Positions 1 to 12,019 of a stretch of DNA of 64,000 nucleotides are shown piece by piece. The DNA lies in the NCBI GenBank assembly GCA_963702845.1, contig OY969763.1, forward strand, positions 224,001 through 288,000, given 5' to 3'. The stretch comes from an uncultured Verrucomicrobiae bacterium. GTDB taxonomy: Bacteria > Verrucomicrobiota > Verrucomicrobiia > Limisphaerales > Palsa-1400. The notes under the pieces are model-generated. The model was not told the origin of the DNA. It was given only the letters and a program-made list of their open reading frames with translations, and did no database searches. Made by a program: the position numbers and the translations under genes. The stretch's first letter is position 1, and each line of letters begins with the position of its first letter.

Positions 1-589
1 GCTTTATGCCGGCCTGCATATCTTCCAAAAATTGGCGTTCCAAAGCCAAAACCTTCCTGCTGCGATCCTTAATTCGTTTCGCGGGAACGCCGAAGTACAC
101 GCCCCACGCTTCGCAATTTCGCAACACCAGTGAATGCGCGCCGACGGATGCCCCATCGTCGAGGGTCACGCCGGACAGAACCGTTGAGTTGCTTCCGACA
201 ATGGCGTGACGACGCAGAATGATTTTGCCGCCTCGATACCCTGGCTTGTAATTCTGCGGGACCGTTGGGTTCGTGAGCGATTCGCCGGAAAAATCGTCAG
301 ACTCTGAGTAAAGTGAAACGCGACCCGACAACGTTGTGAAATCCCCCATCTCGATCCCACTCGCGCCAAACAACGCGCAGTAAGGCGCGATATGAATGTA
401 GCTGCCGAGCTTGATTCCGCCGCTGCCAGACAGGATGCAAAAGTCGTCGATACGAACATCGTTGCCGATTTCGATTTTATCTGGCGTGTAGATGCTGGCC
501 TTACGGCTGATCAGGACGTTCTCGCCGAATTTGCGCAATCCGAGCTCACCTAATTCGGCTGCTGTATAAAAACTGGTGGGGTTATTCAT
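1..589 (-). CDS. Hexapeptide-repeat acyltransferase (VioB/galactoside O-acetyltransferase-like); runs off the window edge
   Basis: Manual translation from ATG 589: MNNPTSFYTAAELGELGLRKFGENVLISRKASIY...IGNDVRIDDFCILSG...SDDFSGESLTNPTVP...WGVYFGVPAKRIKDR. The start overlaps the lysS stop (TGATG). Confidence 0.85.
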   Translation of the reverse strand, partial: MNNPTSFYTAAELGELGLRKFGENVLISRKASIYTPDKIEIGNDVRIDDFCILSGSGGIKLGSYIHIAPYCALFGASGIEMGDFTTLSGRVSLYSESDDFSGESLTNPTVPQNYKPGYRGGKIILRRHAIVGSNSTVLSGVTLDDGASVGAHSLVLRNCEAWGVYFGVPAKRIKDRSRKVLALERQFLEDMQAGIK

Positions 590-2455
590 CACGCGAATCG
601 TGTCACTGTCGTCGGCGAAACCGTGAGCTGACAAAGCGGAAACGTTTTGCGCAGGAACGCCATCAACGAGATCTCGAGCTTGCCATGGAAAAAATGCTTC
701 GCTTCGTCGTCGCTGATCGCTTTTGGCAACTCCACCGAATAGCCAGTCAGATGAACAATATTGTCCGCGACAAAACTCTCGATATCGACATGCCCACTAA
801 TTCTGCCATCAGCCCAGACGCGCAAGTGGGGTTTGATCGTCAAATGTGTCGTCTGCGGCTTGAACACGCCGTCACGGCAGAGCGATTCAAAATCACCGGA
901 CGATAGTGCAATGTTCTCCACAGGTGCCAGCGGTTGTTCGCGGATGCCGTAAACTTGCGAATTGATGTGCGAAACAGACGGGCGCATCAACGGGAAAAAA
1001 ATGATGTCATCAATGTTTTCCTGGCCGGTGAAAATCATCGCCATGCGTTCGATACCGGGACCGATGCCGGTCGTGGGCGGCATACCGTATTCGAGCGCCT
1101 CAATAAAATCGAAATCCAACGTGTGGAATTTTCCGGCATCGCGTTCCTCCGACTTGTAGGATTTGCGCCAGGTTTCGAGCAGGTTAACGGGATCGTTTTG
1201 CTCCGACCAATTGTCGCCACATTCCATACCAGCGATGAAAATCTCGAAACGCTCCACATAACGCGGATCATTCGCCATCGGTTTGGCCAACGGAGAAATT
1301 TCGATCGGATGACCGTAAACGAGCGTCGGTTGGATTAATTCTTTTTCCACACCTTCGAATGCTTTGACCAGAGCTTCGCCGATGCTCGACTGCGCTTCGT
1401 TCATGCCGAGACTGGCGAGCTTTTCGTTCGCTTCCTCGACGGTTTTGATTTCGCGGAAGTCGATGCCGTATTTTTGTTTCACGGCATCAGGCATGGAAAC
1501 GCGCCGCCACGGTTTGCCGAAATCAATCGTATGCCCGAGCACTTTGAACTCGGTGCGACCGAAGACGCTCGTGGCGATGTGCCGGAACATGTCCTCGATC
1601 AGGTCCATGTTATATTCGTAGTTCTCGTAGGCGGCCATCGTTTCGACCATTGAGAACTCAGGGTGATGGCTGCGATCGATACCCTCGTTTCGAAAATAAC
1701 GACCAATCGTATAAACCTTGTCATAACCCGCAACGATCAGGCGTTTCAGGTAAAGCTCGTGCGAAATCGCCAGATACATATCGCAGCCAAGCGCGTTGAC
1801 ATGCGTCTTGAACGGCTTGGCCGTTCCGCCGCCGTATTGTGGTTGGATGACCGGCGTGTTGAATTCCAGGAACCCGCGTTGATTGAGAAATTCGCGAATG
1901 GACGCAACCATTTTGCTGATGTGCGTGTAACGTTGCGCCGCTTCAGGTTCGAGCGTCGTGTCGAGATAACGCTTGCGCAAAACTTGTTCGCGATCTTTAA
2001 GGCCGGACCATTGGTCGGGCAGGGGACGAATAGCCTTGGTCAACAGGCGAATTTCTTCGACCATCACGGAAATTTCACCGCGTTCGGTGCGCATGACTTT
2101 GCCCGTGCCTTCGATAATGTCGCCTGAGATCGATCAGGTTCGTTTCGGCGTAACCCAAAGTGGCGGTCGCGGGGTCGGTCGGCTTGACCAGGTTCTTGCG
2201 CAGAAAGAACTGAATCTTCCCCGTTTGGTCCTGTACGTGCGCAAAGGCGAGCGCTCCTTGTTTGCGCCAGGACATGAGCCGGCCCGCGACCGTGACCGTC
2301 TGGCCATCGAGCGCGGTAAATTCATCCAGGATTTGCTTGGTGTAGTGGGTTCGTTTGCTCTTGGACGGGTAAGGGTTGAGTCCTAGTTTACGCAAAGCAT
2401 CGGCCTTGGCCACGCGGCCATTGCGGATTTCGATTAGAGGGTTGTTGGTCGCCAC
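589..2455 (-). CDS. lysS: Class II lysyl-tRNA synthetase with C-terminal extension (frameshift near 2125)
   Basis: OB-fold N-terminus in ORF 2075..2455 (VTVAGRLMSWRKQGALAFAHVQD). Catalytic part in 589..2094: ELYLKRL, FRNEGID, ALEYGMPPTTGIGPGIERMAM. Confidence 0.85.
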
Positions 2456-2634
2456 GGTTCTTTCTATTTAGACAGTAAATTAGCCGGTTACGAATACCTG
2501 CCAAGTGGGGGAATGGCAAGCATCCACAAAATGGTTCTGCTGCTCTATCTTCGGTGAAACCAATAAACGGCCTCAGCCGTCTTATTCGCAATCAGCTTGA
2601 CCGCATTCGCAGTTTAGGCCGACAATTTCAACCT

Positions 2635-3994
2635 ATGACGCCAGATTCTCCTGCATTTCAAACTCGCCGTTCATTCATCAAAAAAGCCGCGACTGCCGCC
2701 ACCGCTGCCGCTGCTGTCGGCACGAACATTTTTAAAACGCCCGTTTACGGCCAGACCCAGGCGCCATCGCCCGGCCGCGTCATTGGCGCGAATGATCGAA
2801 TCGTGGTTGGTTTTGTCGGCACCGGCAAACAAGGCCGCACCCATGTTCGTTCTCAACGAGGCCACGCCGCCGAAAACAACATCGCCATTGCCGCAGTATC
2901 CGACCTTTACACGAAGAATCTGGAGCGTGGCGCCAAAAGAAGCCGGCGTGGACGCGGCGAATAGCTACGCCGACTACGAAAGATTACTCGAACGTAAAGA
3001 CATCGACGCCATCACCGTCGCGACGGTCGACAATTGGCACGCGCAAGTAGCTTCGACGCCATGAACGCCGGCAAACACGTCTATGGCGAAAAACCGATGG
3101 CGCGTTACTTGATGGAAGGTTTCGACATCTACGACACGCAAAAGAAGACCGGCAAAGTTTTCGTGGTCGGTTCGCAATATTGCGCTGATGCCCAGGTCCA
3201 CAAAGCCGCCGAATGGATCAAGGCCGGCAAAATCGGGCAACTCGCGTGGGCGCAAGGTTCCTATTGCCGCAATAATCCCAAGAACGATGAGTGGGAATTT
3301 GAAGTTGAAAAGGACCTTAGCGAAGCGAATGTCAATTGGCTTAAGTGGCAGGGCAAAGCGAAAAAAGTTCCGTTTGACGGCCATCGTTATTCGAGTTGGC
3401 ACAAGTATTTTACCTACAACTCAGGCATTCTCGGCAACCTGCTCTCGCATCTTGCCCTTCCGTTATTGATGGCGACCGGCAATGCCGAATTCCCACGCCG
3501 CGTCGTTTGCACCGGCACACGCAAGATTTCGACCAATCGCGAAATTCCCGACACAACTCATTTGCTCGCCGAATACCCGAGCGGCCTCACGGTCTCGCTC
3601 GCCGGCAGCACTGTGAACGAACTCGGCGTTCCGCAAGATCATTCGTGGACGCAAAGGAAGCATCTTCTTCGCCCAAAGCCAAAATCACGCCGAACTCAAA
3701 CCCGAGCGCATTTTCGCCGAGGACATCGAAGCAGAACAATTTTCGTCACCTGCCGCAATCGGCAAAATCGAAAATCTTGAGAAAAACTTCTTCGATTGCA
3801 TTCGCAACGGTAAAACGCCTTACGCCAACGTTGATCTCGCGTTGAAAGTTCACACCACCTTGTGCCTCGCCGAAATGTCCGAACGCTTGCAAATGACCAT
3901 GCTGTTCGACGATAAGACCCGTAAAATCAGCAGCGGTGACGGGCGAGAAATTCTGGCGATGACTTACGACACGGAAGTCCCCCCGCACGCATAA
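2635..3994 (+). CDS. Tat-exported Gfo/Idh/MocA oxidoreductase (frameshifts near 2930, 3055, 3640)
   Basis: TRRSFIKK twin-arginine signal, GANDRIVVGFVGTGKQG, AGKHVYGEKPM; stop TAA at 3992-3994. Confidence 0.85.
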
Positions 3995-4026
3995 TTAGCT
4001 TTCTCCCGAATGGGGATATGAAACAT

Positions 4027-4054
4027 AGCCCGGCGTTTTTTACGCCGGGTTTTT
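4027..4054 (+). terminator. Intrinsic terminator
   Basis: cccggcgt/acgccggg stem followed by a T run, between convergent genes. Confidence 0.7.
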
Positions 4055-4108
4055 GTCGATACATCTGACTAAGCTCGCGGAGCTATTTTCGATCGCTCTA
4101 AGTGGCAA

Positions 4109-5039
4109 CTATGCCGCACCGACGGCGCCGACTGTTGCTTCTAAACTCGCGATATCGGACACGTTCAATGATTGCGCATTCTTATCGATGCGCTTCATGA
4201 ACCCTGTCAACGCAGCGCCCGGCCCCAGTTCGATAAACCGCGTAAAACCTTGCGCCAGCAGATAGCGCATCGAATCTTCCCAGCGGACCGACGACGTGAC
4301 TTGGTCGACTAGTCGCTCTGCGATTTCGCCTGTTGTGCCGTGCGGTTGGGCTGTGACATTCGAAATCACCGGCACTTTCGGCGCAGACATCTGCACTGCA
4401 GCCAGCATGTTTGCACTTTCGGCTTTGCACTCGCCATCAAACGCGAGTGATACGCGCCAGCCACCGGCAGTGCCAGCGCGCGCTTCGCGCCTTTGGCTTT
4501 GGCCAGTTCGCAAGCTCTCGCGATTTTGTCGGCTTCACCTGAAATGACAATTTGGCCGGGGCAATTCAGATTTGCCATTTCGACATCAGCTTCCTGCAAA
4601 CTTCGCGACAATGGCCGGCTCTAGATTCAACACCGCCGCCATACCACCTTTTGTGACGTCGCACGCTTCCTGCATGAAACGACCGCGTTGACGCGCAATG
4701 CGCACGCCGTTGTCGAACGAGAAAACATCCGCAGCCGCGAGCGCAGTCAGTTCGCCAAGAGACAAACCAGCCGTCGCTTCGAAATTGCAGTTCGGGACGC
4801 GTTGCTTGAGCAACTTGAAATGCGACCCAACTCACGACAAAAATTCCGGGTTGGCAATTTTCGGTCTTTGTCAGTTCGGTTTCGGGGCCGTTGAAACAGA
4901 TGTTGGCGAGATCGAACCCGAGAATTTCATTGGCGCGATCGAACCATTTTTTAGCATCAGGAATTTGTTCGGCAAAATCTTTGCCCATGCCGACGTATTG
5001 CGCGCCTTGTCCAGCGAAGATGAGTGCGGTTTTGGTCAT
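4109..5039 (-). CDS. fabD: Malonyl-CoA:ACP transacylase (several frameshifts)
   Basis: FAGQGAQYVGMG, AGLSLGE nucleophile motif, ANLNCPGQIVISG, GAYHSRLM, VRWEDSM...FIELGPG distributed over 4 ORFs. Confidence 0.9.
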
Positions 5040-5134
5040 ATTTTCTTTTATCAGAGCCGCGCGCGTGAGCAAGCGGTTTGCATGCTAGATCGCCGCGTTA
5101 CCGCTTGCTCACGCACGCGGCTCTGCTTTGGTGA

Positions 5135-6546
5135 TTAGCAGTTATCCTTACACCCAAACAAATTGCGTTCACGAATGATTTTGGCGACTTGCAGCGGAAC
5201 AAGCGTTTCCCAACGTGCTTATCGCCGGCGCGGATTTTTTGCAAGACGTCGCGTGACGAAATGCCCAGACAGGCCTGATCGTAATCTCTCAGATTTTCAA
5301 TCAGCCGATTTTCAATAGCGTAAGCGTGCAAGTGTTGCAAGATTCGCCGCCACACGCAAATTGGTCGCAGTGATCAACGCGCCCGACTTCGGGTCAAGCC
5401 AAGGATAGACGTAAAGGCGCAGGTCATTTTTAAACATGCGTCCGAACGATTCGAGAATGCCGCCGTCGAGATTCGCGTAATATTTCTCGTCAAAAATTTC
5501 TTTCAAGACTCGGAACGCCCATCGCGATACCGATCATCTTTTTGGTGTAACGGAAAAAATATTGCGCGACGCGATAGTATTCGAGGAAATCGGAGACCAG
5601 CACCGTCTTGCCAAGCGTTCTGAGAATATCGACGCGGGCAAGAAAATCGTCGTAGTCGATGGCGTTGCCTTCGGTGAGGCTCTTCAACGTCATCTCCATG
5701 ATCGTCAGCACTTCTTCACCTTGCACTTTTGGGTCTTGGACGAATTGCGCTTGGGCGCAACGGAACATGTCGAGCGTCAGATTCGTGATCGGACGAAAAC
5801 TGCCACGTTCAACGAGAAGCGATTTTTTGTAAAATGCGTCCGCGGGTTGAACAACTTCGCCTTCGGTCGTGAACAGAGTCGGCGTTGGTCAATCCGTTTT
5901 GCACCAGCTTTAGCGCCATGATGCGATTATCGACTTTTGCGAACGCCGGACCGGAGAAGCGAATCATGTCCACTTCGATTCGTTCGGCGCCGACATTATC
6001 GACAAGCGATTGAATCAACGTTTCCGGATCATCGCGCAAATACATCGCGCCATGCACGAGGTTGACTCCGACAATGCCGAGCGCTTCCTGTTCCTGCACG
6101 TTCTCTTTGTCCCAAAGCCGAACGTGCATGACGATCTGCGACGGCTGTTGTTGCGGTTCGGTTTGGAATCGGATGCCAAGCCAGCCATGCGCATCGTCGT
6201 GACGCGAATAGCTCCGCGCAGCGACCGTGTCCGCGAACACAAAAAACCTCGTTGTGCTGGCGCGCGTTTTGGAAAGCCGTTCGAGCAGGAGATTGTATTC
6301 GTACTCGAGCATCGTCTCCAGCCGTTCCTGGCTGACATAGCGCGGGGCGTGGCCGTAAATGGCGTCGCTCACGACCATGTCGTAGGCGGAAATGGATTTG
6401 GCGATCGTGCCGGAAGCGCCGCCGACGCGGAAAAACCAGCGCGCGACTTCCTGGCCGGCGCCGATTTCGGCAAAGGTGCCGTATTTCGTCGGATCAAGAT
6501 TGATCTGCAGCGCTTTTTGGTGCGTGCCTAAAACTTCGCGTGTCAT
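5135..6546 (-). CDS. Conserved nicotinate-nucleotide adenylyltransferase-like protein (family often mislabelled TonB-dependent receptor); frameshifted
   Basis: KALQINLDPTKYGTFAEIGAGQEVARWFFRVGGASGTIAKSISAYDM and LDGGILESFGRMFKNDLRLYVYP across consecutive ORFs. Confidence 0.7.
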
Positions 6547-6607
6547 TTTTAGTAAAATACATCTGACTGCGCGCGGAGTTTGGGGCAAAGGCGGCGCTAT
6601 GGCAAGT

Positions 6608-6690
6608 GGGGTAGGGCGAGGCTCCGCGCGCGCCGTTTCATCGCGAAATTAAGACAGGCTCGGCAGGGCCGCGGAGCGACACGCCACCCC
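6608..6690. repeat. GTAG-family REP-like palindromic element
   Basis: ggggtagggcg-aggctccgcg ... cgcggagc-gacacgccacccc imperfect inverted repeat. Related ...ctacc-ending hairpins at 9173-9198, 18186-18212 and 21458-21484. Confidence 0.5.
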
Positions 6691-9037
6691 TCAGTCCTGC
6701 GGGTAAACAAGAATCCGGTCGTGTACCAGAATGATTAAGTCATTCTTTTTGTCGCCGGTGACGTCTTCGACCAACGCTTCGCGAGGTTCATTGGAATCAT
6801 TGCGGCGTGAACGGAACGTGCGCTCTTCAAAAACCTGCCAACGATTGGCGGGAACCAACTTATGCGGCGGTTCGAAGGTGACGAGGTCCAGATAGCTGCG
6901 CGCGGTTTCCAGAAACACGAGATCTTTGCGTCCATCGTTATTCAAATCGCCAGTGACGACATCGTTCAGGTGCGCGTCTTTAATCGGCGTTTCGTAACCG
7001 TCGAGAACATTGTATTCCCAAACTTTGCCGTCGAGCGCCATCGTGGCGATGGCATTGACGCCGATAAACGCGAGGCTGTTTTTATTGGTGCCGCCGAGGG
7101 CGATGCTCTGCGACGTCGGAGAAGTCGGTCACCGGCAGCGAAATGTTGCGCACGGCTTGCCATGTGCCGGATTTATCGCGCTCGCAAAGCGTGAGGCATT
7201 TGCGTTCGGCATCGAGCAGGAACAAGCGAAGGCACAGAGTTTGTGCCGTTGCGCAACGGCGTCGCGCCAACGATGCGCGAGTTGGACGACGCGCCGTTGA
7301 TTTGTTCTTTAACGAAGAACGACCAAGTCGGCTTTGGCATTCGTGCCGCGATCGGCGTCGGGCTTCAAAACAACAGCGCGCAGGAAGTTTTTCTGGGCGA
7401 GCAGCAGTTCGTCTTTTCCGTCGCCATCCACGTCGGAGAGGCTGAACCACGGCTGCTCACTGTTGCCGCCGGGCGGCAAGACGTCTTGTTCGTCGAAATC
7501 AGCTTTGTCCTTTTGCGCGAGGAGCACTTTGATCTTTTCGTAAGGAATCAACACGACGAGGTCAGCCATGCCGTCCTGATTGATGTCGAGCATCGTCATC
7601 GAACTTGGGTTCGATTTGAAATCTTCACTCAGCTTTTGCGTGTGGCTCTTGCCGTCCGCGGTGCGAGTCACGATGACGCGGCGTGTTTCATTGTTGCTGA
7701 CGACTTCGGAGATCACCGCAAGCGTCGGCTTTTCGCCGGGATGCAAAGTGCCAATGGCCATCGCGAGCGGTTTGCCATCGATCGGCAAAATCGTGGGGAA
7801 GGGGATGTGACCGTTCTTATCGCGATGCGTCATGCCAATCTGTCGCTCTTCAGAACTGAGCAGGAAAATTTCCGGCGTTGCCATCGCCATTCCAATCGTT
7901 CACCGCGATATCGCTGACGCCGGTCAGCGTTGGGAAAGATTGCGGCGCGGCCAGCGTGCCATCCGGTTTTTGCAGCCAGACCGTGAGTTGGCCGCTGTCT
8001 GGTTCGGCGACGAGCAGGTCGGGCAAATGATCGCCATTAATGTCCGCCCATTCGATCCCGCGACGCGCACGCGTCGTTTTATTCAAAGGGAACACTTGAA
8101 ACTGGCCTTGCTTAAATGAGCCAGCGAGAGACTCGGCCGGTTTCTGGATGAAATTGGCCACTTCAGCGCGACCAGAGTTTTGCGCGATTGTGACGATTTC
8201 CGTTCGGTGATCGCCATCGAGATCATCGGAAGCATACGAGCGAATCGCCGGCAGCGTGAAATGCACTTCGGGCCCGAGCTGGCCTTCGCTGTTTTGCAGT
8301 CGGAACCGGAACGGATTCGGGCTGTCCCAATTGACGAGCAGCAAATCATCGCGCCCATCGCCATCGATGTCGAGGACATGAACGGCTTTAACCGTTCCGG
8401 AGAGCGAAATTTTCTGCGGCTCGCCGAGGGTATGGTCGGCTTGTTGCGGCAGGAAATACACATTGTTTTCGCCAAGCAGGACGAGGTCCGTGCGTTTGTC
8501 GCCGTTGAGATCGCCGGAGACAAGGGCGTTCGCGGTGAGTTGTCCGTCGTCGATGGGCCAGCGTTTCGGTGCGCTCCAGCCGTTGGTGCCTTCATTATAT
8601 TGGACGACGAGTTCTTTCGGGTCACCGTAGTAAGCAAGGTCCGGCTTGCCGTCGCCATTCAGGTCGGCGACAACGAGAGAGGTGATGCGCTTTTCGGACG
8701 CAATCGAATCGATGCGAAAGCGAGCGTCCGGCGGCAGTTCGTTCAGTTCTTTTTTGTGGTTCTTGTCTTCCACGATCGCGTTGGTCTTGCCGGTGCGATT
8801 GTAGAGCAGCTTGATTTTGGAGCGCAGATTATTGACCATGATCAGGTCCTTGAGTCCGTCTCCGTCGAGGTCAGCGACATGCAAGAGACTGATTTGTTGG
8901 TCGATCGGGAAAATTTCGGGCCCGGTAAAGCCGAATTTGTTCGTTTCATCGGCCGCTTGCAAACCAACGCAGAACCCGAGCGCAGCAACAATTGTAACAA
9001 TATTTAATCGGAGTCTCGCCACAGAAAAAGGAGCCAT
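6691..9037 (-). CDS. Secreted FG-GAP/VCBS repeat protein (frameshifted)
   Basis: Signal peptide and many DxDGDGxxDL repeats over ORFs 7850..9064, 7309..7890 and 6691..7041. Confidence 0.85.
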
Positions 9038-9120
9038 AAAATTCCGTCCAAGATGCCGCAACACCGCCGCTATCGCCAGTTTTATTGTGGTTTCTGACGT
9101 TTAATGGCACCGAAAAAATG

Positions 9121-9155
9121 AAACAGCCGACGCGAACTGGTCGCGTCGGCTGTTT
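9121..9155 (-). terminator. Intrinsic terminator downstream of the PPIase gene
   Basis: Perfect 15-bp stem aaacagccgacgcga/tcgcgtcggctgttt. Confidence 0.8.
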
Positions 9156-9201
9156 GAATTATTTATTTTGAGGACGGCGCTGAGCGACCGTCGCTACCTA
9201 A

Positions 9202-10242
9202 TTAGTTCGCTTTGACGATCTGGACGTCGGCGTCTTTTTTCAATTTGTCGAAATAGGTCGGGAGCTTCTTTTGGAATTCCTGGGAGGTCAGATATTCTTT
9301 GATCTTCGGTTCGACTTTGGCGAAATCCACTTTGGCTGCCGGCAACTTTTCGAGCGTCTTGATGATGTGATAACCGAAACGGGTCTCGACGAGGTCGCTG
9401 ATTTGGCCGGGCTTCATCGAGAAAGCGGCGGCTTCGAATTCAGGGACCATCTGGCCTTTGGGGAAGGTGTATTCGCCACCTTTGTCCTTGGAGCCGGGGT
9501 CTTCGGAGAATTCTTTGGCGAGCTTGGCGAAGTCTTCACCTTTGTCGGCGCGGGCTTTTACTTCTTTCGCGAGTTTTTCTTTTTCAGCTTTTTTCGAGGG
9601 CGGCAACGGTTGTTGCGTGTCCTTGTCCAAGGTCGAAATCAGGACGTGCGCGGCGCGGACTTGTTCCGGCTTTTCGAACTCGGCCGGGTTTTCGTCGTAG
9701 AACTTTTTGACGTCGGCATCGGCGATTTTGATGGATGGTTTCACTTCGCGGTCGAGGACGATTTCACAAACGTTTTGTTCGAGAGCACGTTTGCGGAACT
9801 GGTCCATGGTCATGCCGGTGGACTTCACTTGTGCTTCAAACACAGTCTCGCTGCCGATTTGTTTTTTGACGCCGGCGATGTATGTGTCGGTGTCGGCCTC
9901 GGCTTTGGTCTTGTCTGCGGCTGTGCCTTTCTGCAGCAGCAGCTCGGTGAAGATGAGGCGGTCGAGCAAATTGGATTTAATGACCGAACGCTGATCCTCG
10001 CTGACGGGCGGCGCTTTCGGATTCAGATTCGCCTTGTAGACAATGAAGGCGTCTTCGAGTTTGCTCTTTTTGATCTCGAAATTTTTTCCTTTCGCGACGA
10101 CAGGGTCAGCGAAGGAATCGGCCGGCGCGGCGGCGGTTTTATCAGCTGTTTTAGTGGTGTCCACGGGTTTGTCAGCGGTGACAGCGTAGGTCGCGAGCGT
10201 CATGCCCGCGAGGAACGCGAGGGTCGAGGTGATGTGTTTCAT
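9202..10242 (-). CDS. PpiC/parvulin-type peptidyl-prolyl isomerase (PrsA/SurA-like foldase)
   Basis: Signal peptide; VRAAHVLI, FAKLAKEFSEDPGSKDKGG, MVPEFEAAAF, ETRFGYHII. Confidence 0.92.
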   Translation of the reverse strand: MKHITSTLAFLAGMTLATYAVTADKPVDTTKTADKTAAAPADSFADPVVAKGKNFEIKKSKLEDAFIVYKANLNPKAPPVSEDQRSVIKSNLLDRLIFTELLLQKGTAADKTKAEADTDTYIAGVKKQIGSETVFEAQVKSTGMTMDQFRKRALEQNVCEIVLDREVKPSIKIADADVKKFYDENPAEFEKPEQVRAAHVLISTLDKDTQQPLPPSKKAEKEKLAKEVKARADKGEDFAKLAKEFSEDPGSKDKGGEYTFPKGQMVPEFEAAAFSMKPGQISDLVETRFGYHIIKTLEKLPAAKVDFAKVEPKIKEYLTSQEFQKKLPTYFDKLKKDADVQIVKAN

Positions 10243-10276
10243 TCAGTGTTTTCTAGTGCTTCCTTGTGTTGCCCGC

Positions 10277-11875
10277 TCAGAGTTTGACCACGCGGACGTT
10301 GCTTATATCGGGGTCTTTTTGGATTTCGTCAAGGAGTGCGGTAGGCGGAACGCTATCCAAATTTAAAACGGTCAGGGCTTTGCCACCCTCGGCGTCGCGG
10401 CTCAGGCTCATGTTAGCGATGTTGATGTTATATTTGCCCATCATCGTGCCGATGTAACCGACGATGCCCGGACGATCCTTGTTGTTCATGATGAACAGCA
10501 CGCCCTCCGGATGAATCTCAACGGGTAGGCTGAAAAGGCGAACGATGCGCGGATTGTTCGGTGAACCGAAGAATGTGCCGCCAGCGGAAACGACTTTCTG
10601 GTCGCCCGAATAGACGGTGACATGGAGCCACTCATTGAAGGTGACTGGTTCGTCCGATTTCTTTTCTTCAACGGTAATACCGGCAGCGGCAGCCGCAGCG
10701 CGGACGTTGACGTTATTAACATCCTTCAACGCGCCGGCTTGCAAAAAGCCCATCATGATAGCGCGCGTAATCGGATCGATATTCGGCAACTCACGCGCTT
10801 TGCCACCATAAGTAATATAAACGCGATCAGCATTCGACGGCGCAAGTTGGCGCAGCAGCTTGCCCATGTTCTCGCCCAAAACCAGGTAAGGCTTAACTTG
10901 CTCGTAGGTCTTGGCATCGAGGAAGGGCAGGTTGACGGCGTTGCGGACTTCGCCGGTGAGCAGATAGGCGGCGATAATTTCAGCGACTTCAATGCCGCAT
11001 TTTTCCTGCGCTTCGTTCGTGCTGGCGCCAAGGTGCGGGGTCAGCAAAACATTCGGCAACTTACGCAACGGGTGGTCGGCGGCTAAAGGTTCTTCGGAGA
11101 ACACGTCGAGTGCCGCGCCCCCGATCTTGCCGGATTGGAGCGCTGCGATGAGATCCTTTTCCTCAACGATTTCGCCGCGCGCACAATTAACGATGCGCAC
11201 GCCGGGCTTCATTTTGGTAAACGCTTCCGCGTTGAGCATCCCGCGCGTTTGATCGGTCACCGGCATGTGTACTGTGATGAAATCGGCGGCGCGATAAATC
11301 GCATCCGGATCGGGCGCCAGTTCGACGCCGAGTTGGCGCGCGCGCGCTTCCGTCAGGTAAGGATCGTAGGCAATCACGCGCATGCCGAAAGCAAGAGCGC
11401 GTTTGGCGACTTCACCGCCGATGCGGCCCATGCCGAGAACCCCGAGCGTTTTGCCGGCGACTTCGGTGCCCTGGAACAATTTGCGGTCCCATTTGCCGGC
11501 GGTCATGGAAGCGTGAGCGGGCGCGATATGTCGCGCCAGTGCGCCGAGCATGAAAAACGAAAGTTCAGCCGTGGTGGTGGTGTTCCCGCCAGGCGTGTTC
11601 ATGACGACCACGCCGCGTTGCGTTGCCGCTTCGACGTCGACGTTATCAATGCCGACACCGGCGCGTCCGACGACTTTGAGGTTCGGCGCGGCGTCGATGA
11701 TTTTTTTGGTCACCTTCGTTTCGGACCGGACGACCATAGCGTGGACATCTTTGACGATGTTGAGCAGTTCCGCTTCGGGCGTCTTGGCCTTAAGAACGGT
11801 GACTTTGAACTCGGGCCGCTGTTGCAGCAGAGCAATGCCCTTTGGTGAAATTGGATCGCAAACAAGGACGTTCAT
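10277..11875 (-). CDS. serA: D-3-phosphoglycerate dehydrogenase (with ASB and ACT domains)
   Basis: GRAGVGIDNVD, GMGRIG, NCARG, TPHLGAST, C-terminal ACT NKDRPGIVG. Confidence 0.95.
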   Translation of the reverse strand: MNVLVCDPISPKGIALLQQRPEFKVTVLKAKTPEAELLNIVKDVHAMVVRSETKVTKKIIDAAPNLKVVGRAGVGIDNVDVEAATQRGVVVMNTPGGNTTTTAELSFFMLGALARHIAPAHASMTAGKWDRKLFQGTEVAGKTLGVLGMGRIGGEVAKRALAFGMRVIAYDPYLTEARARQLGVELAPDPDAIYRAADFITVHMPVTDQTRGMLNAEAFTKMKPGVRIVNCARGEIVEEKDLIAALQSGKIGGAALDVFSEEPLAADHPLRKLPNVLLTPHLGASTNEAQEKCGIEVAEIIAAYLLTGEVRNAVNLPFLDAKTYEQVKPYLVLGENMGKLLRQLAPSNADRVYITYGGKARELPNIDPITRAIMMGFLQAGALKDVNNVNVRAAAAAAGITVEEKKSDEPVTFNEWLHVTVYSGDQKVVSAGGTFFGSPNNPRIVRLFSLPVEIHPEGVLFIMNNKDRPGIVGYIGTMMGKYNINIANMSLSRDAEGGKALTVLNLDSVPPTALLDEIQKDPDISNVRVVKL

Positions 11876-12019
11876 AGAAAATCGAGCGGGCAGTCTATGG
11901 CAATGGGTGGAGACGGCAAGCACGAAGGGAGAGCGAGGAACGTGAGGGTGTTGGTCGGTGAATTTGTGAGTCGGATTGAACAGGATGAAGCGGAGGCGCG
12001 AGGTTGGTGAATATGAGGA

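Noticed and set aside
2100..7900. Dense frameshifts suggesting pseudogenes or programmed frameshifting (lysS, oxidoreductase, fabD, NMNAT-like, VCBS; also infA, surface protein, RND pump, sugar transferase)
   Set aside because: Essential genes are hit, no in-frame stops or decay were noticed, and no shared slippery motif is evident. Sequencing indels are the simplest explanation.
9271..10287. Long antisense ORFs (also 37914-39239, 60148-61440, 61741-62673)
   Set aside because: Shadow frames of well-supported genes, expected from codon bias in GC-rich DNA.
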